Of a stretch of DNA of 64,000 bases, positions 13,669 through 23,552 are shown piece after piece. The position numbers and the translations under genes are program-made. How positions within the stretch are numbered: position 1 is the stretch's first letter; the number at the start of each line of letters is the position of its first letter. Where the stretch lies: the NCBI GenBank assembly GCA_040954595.2, contig CM082584.2, positions 2,139,344-2,203,343 on the forward strand, in the 5' to 3' direction. The notes beneath the pieces are model-generated. The model did no database searches and was not told where the DNA came from. It saw only the letters and a list, made by a program, of their open reading frames with translations. The DNA comes from Balanoglossus misakiensis. Taxonomy: Eukaryota > Animalia > Hemichordata.

Positions 13669-14390
13669 CTGTCAGAATTTGAACAGATATGTTATGTGTT
13701 ATATATATTGGGAATTTTTACACTCAATTTACATGCCTTTCAATTAAACACCATGTCTTCAAAGAAGTCACATGACATTTTGCTTCAGAAAAGATATTGA
13801 TAAAAACGCTAGTATCAAAAAATATAATTTACATTGTTAACTACACTATTATGATGTGCTTATGATGTGGAAGCTATCATTAACACTATAGAAATAATGC
13901 ATAGTTAAAGCCTCATGAGCTGCCAAATTTAACATATTTTTTCCATAACTTCTATTTGCATAAGTTTGTCATCTCTTTGTGACGCACACCTCGATAGTTG
14001 TGTACTCTTTGTGTATATTCAACATTGTTATTTTGCAAAATTTGAATTGAAGTCCGGACTAGAATTCATGAGTCAACAATAACAATGGTTGTTACAGAGA
14101 CAGGCAATATACACAAGTTGAGTACTGGGCATATTAGCATGCAGTTTGGAGAAGAACATGAAATTGCATTTTGTACACAAAAGGAAAAAAATATGGAAAT
14201 AAAGCCAAAAGTTATAGGTAATGTCCCTTTAATGCCTTCCTAGCTGGCACAATAGAATAAGTATGTAGTTAAAAATTTATATGACAGTCTGGTTTTATGT
14301 TTTCCATGTTATAAATATAGAAGATAAATTCAAATACACTAGTGATATGATATGTTTTCATAGCCATTTATTATCAACATTACGACGTAC

Positions 14391-14450
14391 CTTATGATGG
14401 TTGATCAGGTCTCTTTTGTCATCTCTGTCATACACTGAGTTTATAACTGC
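14391..14450 (-). CDS. ROCO gene linker exon
   Basis: acag|AVINSVYDRDDKRDLINHHK|gtacgt; 60 nt, phase 0/0. Confidence 0.6.
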
Positions 14451-14657
14451 CTGTATTTTCATTGATGAAAACAGAACATATATGATTGATTATATTATAC
14501 CAGTATATTGATGGTGTAAATCACGCTATTTTATTGGTCAAGACACGACACGTGACTGTGATATATTAGCCATATACCACAGTCATATAGCATAGTCAAA
14601 GAAAATGCCTTTTTAAAATGTTTTATGCAAAGTTTCAATATACTGGCATAATATAAT

Positions 14658-14803
14658 AGCAATAAAACACCCCCAGCCATGGTATACCACTCGATTTTGA
14701 CCAGTTCACGACATATACGCACTCGCTATCGCTCCTGCGTATATGTCGTGAACTGGTCAAAATCGAGTGCGTATATGTCGTGAACTGGGGGTGTTTTATT
14801 GCT
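14658..14803. repeat. Palindromic foldback element
   Basis: Outer arms agcaataaaacacccccag/ctgggggtgttttattgct; inner ~34-bp perfect stem around ctcgctatcgctcc. Confidence 0.85.
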
Positions 14804-15230
14804 TAAATGAACTAGCTGTAAAGTACAGGATTATGACAATTATACCACACCATGCATATTATGGACACTATTGTTAAATAATTTTGGTAAAAAATAAATG
14901 GATTTAAATATCCATGTGTCAGGTGTGAGTTGCCGGTAAGCTTTATAAAACTGGTCAATGAGCATCTTTTAGAACAACAGAAAGAGCCAATTGGTAAATA
15001 ACTGAAATACAGCCAAATCTCACAGTCCAAATTGGCCAGTCAGAGTGACTTTCCTAAATTGGCCTTAATAGACAGGTGGCCTGTATATACAAGTCAATAA
15101 TTGCCCTTGTTAACTGCACAGGGACTGTAACAAAGTGGCCACTATATAGAGGTGGTCGGTAACTGACACAATTTCACTGTTTTATCAAAAGTGAGTAACC
15201 TTGCCCTTTTAAATCTAACTCAATACTTGC

Positions 15231-15341
15231 CTGATATACTTTCTCATTGTCAAAATGATATTCCACAAAGGCTCTTGCAATATTGGTGCCTGCACCCCGC
15301 CCAGCCTTCCTTCCTGCCTCTTGACAAGGAGTCACTACGTT
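15231..15341 (-). CDS. ROCO gene exon: probable ANK C-cap; GC splice donor
   Basis: ttttcag|NVVTPCQEAGRK...NEKVYQ|gcaagt; 111 nt, phase 0/0. Confidence 0.6.
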
Positions 15342-16583
15342 CTGAAAATGGATCACAAATTTTCATAGATGAATACATGCATCAGATGATTGAGGCACGC
15401 ACACCTATAAGTCAAATTTTAGGTCCTCCCAAACACTGAGATAATTTGCTCTTGAGTTCATAAAAATGCAACTTTGAGCTACATATTTTACAAAATTTTC
15501 TTATGTGGTAGGGTGACACCCCCTCGCACACCCCTCCCCCTCCATTCTTCGCCACATATCATTTATTCGCTGGTTTGTCTAGTGTACCACGGCAGACTTC
15601 TACCCACCCTACTCCCGATGTTTACTTTGAGTGGAGTGGCAAAATTAAAATTTGTCCTGCCTAACATTGAGTTAATTTGCTTTAGAGTTCATTCTAATGC
15701 AACTTTGAGCACCGTATTTTACAACATTTTCTTAAATTTTCTATTGTATTGACTTGTCATTTTATTTTGTTCATATATTTTTTTTTGCAACGATATACTA
15801 TTATATATACTTCAATTACTTTAAGAAATTTATAATTGAGGTGTGAGGAGCCTCATTCCCTTTATTGCATACAGTGTACATAGGATCAGCACGGCGAATG
15901 TTTTCAGCGGGGGGGGGGGGGTCATCATATTTTGGGTCTGTCAAAGGGGGGGTCATCATTTTTTGGTCCAGGGTGAAGGGGGGGGTCGGCCTGATTTTGA
16001 AAATCGATGACCCAAACTTGCCCCCCCCCCCCCAGCCGTAAAAACAGTCCCTAACGTGTATTCGATGCGAGCTGGAAGTCAAATGAACGGTTACTCACGT
16101 TGGAACACCCATTCAAAATATGCAAATTAGGAAAAGACGCATATGCATTCTTTTCATCCCCAGAGACACACGCAGGAAATCAAGCAAGTGCGGCCACTAG
16201 CTGGAAGAGCTGAATTCAATGCATTGCCTTGTGATGTTCATGATACAGGGGGGTGATGATCAATGAATAGAACAACAATTGATTGATTAACAAAGAAAGA
16301 AAGAAAGGAATGCAAATCGTTTCCACACCTGCCTGTATAACACCTGACCCGACAGAGTGAGCAGTTTTGATTCAAAGGACAATGACAAAATTATATGACA
16401 TATGCTGCAAAATGCAAAGGGGTCACCTTTCTGTAAGTCATGAAGGAAGAGCATGAGAACAATGTCACTAAAATTGAAATGAAAAGTGTTTTCTTATACA
16501 AACAAACAAACAAACAAACAAACAAATGAATAAATATATCCGCATTGATAGAATAAACCTGCAGAAGTCAGGTTGGTATTTAC

Positions 16584-19180
16584 CTTGTTTTGTATGTTAG
16601 CATCAGCTTTGTGTTCCAATAACAATCTGACAAAGCCTTCACCATCATCCCTCCTTGCTGCATCATGCAAAGGGGTGTCTCCTGTCTATAAGTAATGAAG
16701 GAGGAGCATGAGAATAATGTCACAAAATTGAAATGTAATGTGAAATTTCCTTAAACAAAAAAAAACAACAAAAAAACCTTTCAATACTTTCAGAATTAAC
16801 CTGCAGAAGTCAGGTTGGTATTTACCTTGTTTTGTATGGTCACATCAGCTTTGTGTTCCAATAACAATCTGACATGGCCTTCACCACCATCCCTCCTTGC
16901 TGCATCATGCGAAGGAGTGTCTCCATCCTGTAAGTAATGAAGGAGGAGCATGAGAATAATGTCACAAAAATTGAAATCTAATGTGAAATTTCCTTAAACA
17001 AACAAACAAACAAATAAATGAATAAATATATCCGCATTGATAGAATAAACCTGCTGAAGTCAGGTTGGTATTTACCTTGTTTTGTATGTTAGCATCAGCT
17101 TTGTGTTCCAATAACAATCTGACAAGGCCTTCACCACCATCCCTCCTTGCTGCATCATGCGAAGGAGTGTCTCCATCCTGTAAGTAATGAAGGAGGAGCA
17201 TGAGAATAATGTCACAAAAATTGAAATCTAATGTGAAATTTCCTTAAACAAACAAACAAACAAACAAATAAATGAATAAATATATCCGCAGTGATAGAAT
17301 AAACCTGCTGAAGTCAGGTTGGTATTTACCTTGTTTTGTATGTTAGCATCAGCTTTGTGTTCCAATAACAATCTGACAAGGCATTCACCACCAACCCTCC
17401 TTGCTGCATAATGCAAAGGAGTGTCTCCATCCTGTAAGTAATGAAGGAGGAGCATGAGAATAATGTCACAAAAATTGAAATATTATGTGAAATTTCTATA
17501 AACAATAAAACAAACAAATAAATGAATAAATATATCCGCATTGATAGAATAAACCTGCAGAAGTCAGGTTGGTATTTACCTTGTTTTGTATTGTCACATC
17601 AGCTTTGTGTTCCAATAACAATCTGACAAGGCCTTCACCACCAACCCTCCTTGCTGCATAATGCAAAGGAGTGTCTCCATCCTGTAAGTAATAAACGAGG
17701 AGCATGAGAATAATGTCACAAAAATTGAAATATAATGTGAAATTTCCTTAAACAAAAAAAAACAAAAACATATTTCAATACTTTCAGAATTAACCTGCAG
17801 AAGTCAGGTTGGTATTTACCTTGTTTTGTATGTTAGCATCAGCTTTGTGTTCCAATAACAATCTGACAAGGCCTTCACCACCATCCCTCCTTGCTGCATC
17901 ATGCGAAGGAGTGTCTCCATCCTGTAAGTAATGAAGGAGGAGCATGAGAATAATGTCACAAAAATTGAAATATAATGTGAAATTTCCGTAAACGAACAAA
18001 CAAACAAATAAATGAATAAATATATCCGCACTGATAGAATAAACCTGCAGCAGTCAGGTTGGTATTTACCTTGTTTTGTATGTAAACATCAGCTTTGTGT
18101 TCCAATAACAATCTGACATGGCCTTCATCACCATCCCTTGCTGCATAATGCAAAGGAGTGTCTCCATCCTGTAAGTAATAAAGGAGGAGCATGAGAATAA
18201 TGTCACAAAAATTGAAATATAATGTGAAATTTCCTTAAACAAACAAACAAACAAAAAATATTTCAATACTTTCAGAATTAACCTGCAGAAGTCAGGTTGG
18301 TATTTACCTTGTTTTGTATGGTCACATCAGCTTTGTGTTACAATAACAATCTGACAAGGCCTTCACCACCATCCCTCCTTGCTGCATCATGCAAAGGAGT
18401 GTCTCCCTCCTGTAAGTAATGAAGGAGGAGCATGAGAATAATGTTACAAAAATTGAAATCTAATGTGAAATTTCCTTAAACAAACAAACAAACAAACAAA
18501 CAAACAAATAAATGAATAAATATATCCGCATCAATAGAATAAACCTGCAGAAGTCAGGTTGGTATTTACCTTGTTTCGTATGTTAGCATCAGCTTTGTGT
18601 TCCAATAACAATCTGACACGGCCTTCATCACGAAACCTTGCTGCATAATGCAAAAGGGTGTCTCCATCCTGTAAGTAATGAAGGAGGAGCATGAGAATAA
18701 TGTCACAAAAATAGAAATCTAATGTGACATTTCCTTAAACAAACAAACAAATAAATGAATAAATATATCCGCATTGATAGAATTAACCTGCAGAAGTCAG
18801 GTTGGTCTTTACCTTGTTTTGTATGTTAGCATCAGCTTTGTGTTCCAATAACAATCTGACAAGGCCTTTGCCAACCCTCCTTGCTGCATAATGCAAAGGG
18901 GTGTCTCCTGTCTGTAAGTAATGAAGGAGGAGCATGAGAATAATGTCACAAAATTGAAATGTAATGTGAAATTTCCTTAACCAAACAAACAAACAAACAA
19001 ATAGACAAACACACAATAAAATGAATAAATATATCCGCATTGATAGAATTAACCTGCAGAAGTCAAGTTGGTATTTACCTCGTTTTGTATGGTCACATCA
19101 GCTTTGTGTTCCAATAACAATCTGACAAGGCCTTCACCACCATCCCTCCTTGCTGCATAATGCAAAGGGGTGTCTCCTGT
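16584..19180 (-). repeat. Tandem array of 11 single-ankyrin-repeat exons with duplicated introns (~240-265 bp unit)
   Basis: Exons 16584-16685, 16826-16927, 17076-17177, 17330-17431, 17580-17681, 17820-17921, 18070-18168, 18308-18409 (internal TAA), 18570-18668, 18813-18911 and 19079-19180. Each reads ttayag|xGDTPLHxAA..VRLLLEHKAD..IQNK|gtaaa, 99 or 102 nt; introns carry (AAAC)n. Confidence 0.95.
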
Positions 19181-19345
19181 CTGTAAGTAATGAAGGACGA
19201 GCATGAGAATAATGGCGCCATATTGGAGTGGACGTGTCAGCATCGTCTCCTGCCTGCTCGTATAACTTTTTCAAAATATCCCGTTAAAACTTCAAGATTC
19301 ACAGTAACTCCAAGTCTAAGCGAAGGGTAATATCAAACTACAAAG

Positions 19346-20539
19346 ATGGGTATCAGTTTGCAACTTTGGAGAGGACGCATCGGCGGGTTTTCACAACCAA
19401 ATTCCTGGAAGTGTGTCGAAAGTCATAGCGGTGACGTGTCGCAACGGACAAGGTATTCACGTTGGCCACCTGTTCTTGACTATCTGTGCAGAACTACAGC
19501 AACAGTTTTCATTATTGAACTGACGTTGTTGGTTGGTTCTCTGCTATCTAAAATTGAAATGGACAACCTAGCCAGCTTTTCAACCAATGAAGATATCAAC
19601 AGTTTTATGGAATACGAACATGTCATGGTTTTTGAACAGCGTATGGTTACCAATGCCGTTGCAACAGCAGGTCTGCAAGGCAACACAGTATTCGTACCCC
19701 TTCTTTTGACTTTGAGTGGAGACATTGAATTAAACCCAGGACCTCCAAAAGCGGTTAAGCAGGTAAAATTGACAGAATGTACTGGTACTCAAAGAGAACT
19801 CAGGTCAAATTCGACTCCAACAGTGAGCGAACCGGAGGCCCCAAAAGAAACCAGTCTAGCCGATGTCATACGCGAAATTCGAGAACTCAAAGTCGACCTG
19901 AAAACACAGATTGATACTTCGGTTCACGATGTTCATGATAGAGTTGACGAGTTGAAGGATGAAGTGAATCGTTTGCGGAGCGAACTGAGAGAAAATTACC
20001 AGGAAACTGCTCGATTAGCGGAAGAGAACAAGTATTTAAAAGACAATATAAGCACGGTGTTAAGGGAACTCGACGATGTCAAAGGTAGGATGAAACGGGA
20101 TTATCTGTTATTCCACAATATCGAACAGTCGCCTAATGAAACTTGGGACGATACCGAAAACAAAGTGAAGACATTTTTGTCGGAGAAACTAGACCTAGAT
20201 GGTAGCAGCTTTGAATTCGACGGGGTTCATCGTCTATCTAATGCGAAAGGTCATCCCCAGCCTATTGTTGCCAAATTCACACGCTTTAAACAACGGGAAC
20301 AAGTCTTACAGAAAGCACGAGGGAGTCTCAAGAACACAAACTTTCGGGTTTCCGAAGACTTTACTCCAAGGGTACGGGAGACTAGGAGGAAGCTTGGACA
20401 GTTTCTACAGAAAGCAAGAGAAGAAGGTAAACGCGCATTTTTGAATTATGACAAGCTAAAGATCGATGGAACTCTATATATTTTCGACGATTCGCTGAAT
20501 GACATTCGCCCTTTCAACAGAAATCATCGCGATCGCTAG
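19346..20539 (+). CDS. LINE ORF1: N-terminal leader, 2A-like motif, coiled coil, L1-type RRM/CTD-like region
   Basis: 397-aa ORF. LLLTLSGDIELNPGP with the core at 19721-19744; heptad-rich segment; HRL..PIVAKF and VSEDF..VRETR motifs typical of L1-type ORF1 proteins. Confidence 0.85.
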   Translation: MGISLQLWRGRIGGFSQPNSWKCVESHSGDVSQRTRYSRWPPVLDYLCRTTATVFIIELTLLVGSLLSKIEMDNLASFSTNEDINSFMEYEHVMVFEQRMVTNAVATAGLQGNTVFVPLLLTLSGDIELNPGPPKAVKQVKLTECTGTQRELRSNSTPTVSEPEAPKETSLADVIREIRELKVDLKTQIDTSVHDVHDRVDELKDEVNRLRSELRENYQETARLAEENKYLKDNISTVLRELDDVKGRMKRDYLLFHNIEQSPNETWDDTENKVKTFLSEKLDLDGSSFEFDGVHRLSNAKGHPQPIVAKFTRFKQREQVLQKARGSLKNTNFRVSEDFTPRVRETRRKLGQFLQKAREEGKRAFLNYDKLKIDGTLYIFDDSLNDIRPFNRNHRDR

Positions 20540-23500
20540 GGGTCAGGCCGAAGCCGCAATACACGGTATGATGCAGACACGAGTAACACCAGCTTATATT
20601 CTGAACATGGCAAAGATACTGACACTCAGTTTATTTGCTGGAACATTAATGGTTTAAAATCTAAATTTCTTGACGGCGGATTTCATGTCTTTTTTGACAA
20701 AATCGGATTTTGGTGTAATTTGCCTGACGGAAACGTGGGCTTGTACTTCAGATCAGTTTTCTATTCCCAATTACACTTCTATCAACCTTGCTAGAAAAAA
20801 GATTATGCATTTAGGAAGATTTTCAGGGGGTATTTCAGTTTTTGTCAAGAACTCAATATGCAAAAGCTTCCAACAGCTGCCAAGTTTGTCCGAGGATTTT
20901 CTATGGGTAAAGCTGTTTCTCAAAGATAACTTTCAAATTAATTCATTGTTAATGTGTGTTGTCTACTTCTCACCAGAAGGGTCATCTCAATATGCAAATC
21001 CAGAAATGTTCCAATTGTTAGAAAATGAATTAGCAAAATATTCAACCATTCATGAAGGCTCGCCTGTAATTTTATGCGGCGATTTTAATGCCCGCACAGG
21101 CTGTGTCTCTGATACTATCGAATGGGATTCCAGGTGTTTGCCAGTGGATGACAGTGACGTAGATCCACCTTTGCCAATACGAGAGTCAAGAGATTCATCA
21201 GTTAATGATTATGGTAAACGGTTACTGGATTTTTGTCACAGCACAAATTTTAAAATTGTTAATGGGAGATTTTTTAAGAATCATGGAAGTGGTGAGTATA
21301 CATTTCTTTCCAAAAGCGGGGGCAGTGTGATAGATTACCTTTTGTTATCTTGTCATGATCTTCACCTGTTAACAGATATGTATATTGATTCTAGGGTTGA
21401 ATCAGACCACCAACCACTGATATTTAAATTAGACCTGTCTCACCAAGAGAGAACAAGTCTTACGTCTGATTATAACAATGTTAATAACTCTTCTATATTT
21501 ACTTGTAAATGGGATAATAAGTTACTCAATGTAGTTAACAACTTTTGGAACAGCGCATCTTCAAACTCACATGTGTCTGAAATCACTGGGCTTCTCTCTT
21601 GAGGGGAAATAGACAATGCTGCGCTTTGTCTGAGGGATACAATTTGGAACTCACTTTCATGTATGAAAACAGGTGGCATGGGTAGACGAGTGAAAAAGAC
21701 GAATAATTGGTGGGATGATGAATGCCGTGAATTTAAAGCCAAAGTTAAGAATGTCCTTAGAAACCATAAATATAGTCCCACCCCTATTTCATTCGGTGTC
21801 TATAAATCCATCCAGCGAGATTATCACAACCTGCTGAAAGAAAAGAAAAGGAACTATGATATATTGAAACAACGTAATTTTGCCGAAGCCGCCAAGGACC
21901 CGAATTCTAAGCGTTTTTGGTCCATGTTGAGACCTTATACCCCGGGTCCCCCTGATTCAATTACTGCTAAGGAATGGGTTGATTACTTTTCTGTTTTATT
22001 TAATACTCCTGGCAATTTACACGACAATTTCCAAGATTTTTATGTGGAAGTCGACGAGTTTGTAAACAATTCGTTTTCATTTCATGATCCTGTATATACG
22101 GATGTAGGCACAGACGTTGATACCAGTGTTCTGGATAGTGAAATATCACTTGAAGAAATAGATTGTGCAATTAATAACCTGAAATTGGGTAAAGCTGCAG
22201 GCGTTGATGGCATACCTGCGGATTTCTTTAAGTATTCATGCCAAGAATTTAGATTAATTTTGTATAACTTTTTCAATAGTGTTCTCAACTCAGGTATTTT
22301 CCCAGAAGAGTGGGTTAAAGGTATGATTATCCCTCTTTTTAAGAAAGGGGTACATGACTCTGTGTGTAACTATAGGGGAATAACTCTTCTTCCTATTATT
22401 GGTAAGATTTTTTGCAATGTGATGTTCAAGCGTTTAAATGACTTTGTTGAACTTAATTCGCCAATCACTGAAGCTCAGGCTGGTTTTAGGAAGAACCGCA
22501 GCACAATTGACAACATTTTTATTTTGGATACTACAATATGGAAATACTTATCCAAACACAAATCACGTTTTTATGGTGCATTCATTGATTTCGAGAAAGC
22601 TTTCCATAGAATTGATCACAACGCCTTGTTTTATAAATTACTGAAACGTGAAATGAAGAGTAAAATGCTTATAGTGTTAAAATCTATGTACAAATCGGTG
22701 AAATCATGTGTACGAACACCACATGGGATTACAAACTTTTTCCAGTGTACTTATGGTGTGCAACAAGGATCTGTTTTGTCCCCATTATTATTTAATCTTT
22801 TCATCGATGATCTTGGCGAAACCCTCAAAAATGGCATGTTTAATGGTGTTTATGTAGGAATTTTGAAGCTCTTGTATCTTTGCTTTGCTGACGATTTAAC
22901 AATTGTAAGTAATTCAGTAATTGGACTACAAAGACAGCTTAACAAATTGTGTATCTATTGTAACAGATGGAAACTAAAAGTTAATGGGTCCAAGACAAAA
23001 ATTTTTGTCTTCAGGAGTGGGGGAAGGTTGAAAAATTACGAGAGATGGACATTGAATGGGGTCCAGGTTCAGACAGTACCGTATTTTAACTACCTCGGTC
23101 TGACCTTGTCTTGTTCAGGAATCTGGACAAAGGCTCAAGAAATCCTTGCCAAACAAGGGAAAAAAGCTATGTACAATATTAAAAGATATCTGAGTCAGTT
23201 TAAAAACATAGACATAGAGCTAGCTCTACGAATTTTCGACTGCAAAATTCTTCCAATACTTATGTACGGTAGTGAAGTATGGGGTTTTCATGAGGGTAAG
23301 GATGTTGAAAAAATTCAAATAGATTTCTGTTAATATATACTCATGGTTAGTTCAAGGTCAACCAATTTAGCTGTCTTGGGTGAACTGGGCAGACAATCTT
23401 TGAAAACGCTTCGTCTACCACGCATTATTAAATACTGGGTAAAATTAATCCATAGCGAAAATTATAGATATACTAAGCAATGTTATGACTACCAACGTGA

Positions 23501-23552
23501 AATGGCAGACAAAGGTTATAATTGTTGGGCCAAAAAGGTCAAAGACCTTTTA
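20540..23552 (+). pseudogene. LINE ORF2, 5' part (APE endonuclease + RT), disabled
   Basis: ICWNINGL, LTETW, GDFNART, SVIDY, SDH (APE); QAGFR, FIDFEKAF, GVQQGSVLSP, FADD (RT). +1 frameshift near 20669; TGA 21600-21602; TAA 23331-23333. Confidence 0.9.

Noticed and set aside
15900-16055. G-run cluster as a functional G-quadruplex
   Set aside because: Looks like one end of a G/C-run MITE; nothing supports function.
16584-19180. CRISPR-like repeat/spacer array
   Set aside because: Units are ~250-bp exon+intron duplicates with splice sites and ANK coding; there are no unique spacers or cas genes, and the context is eukaryotic.
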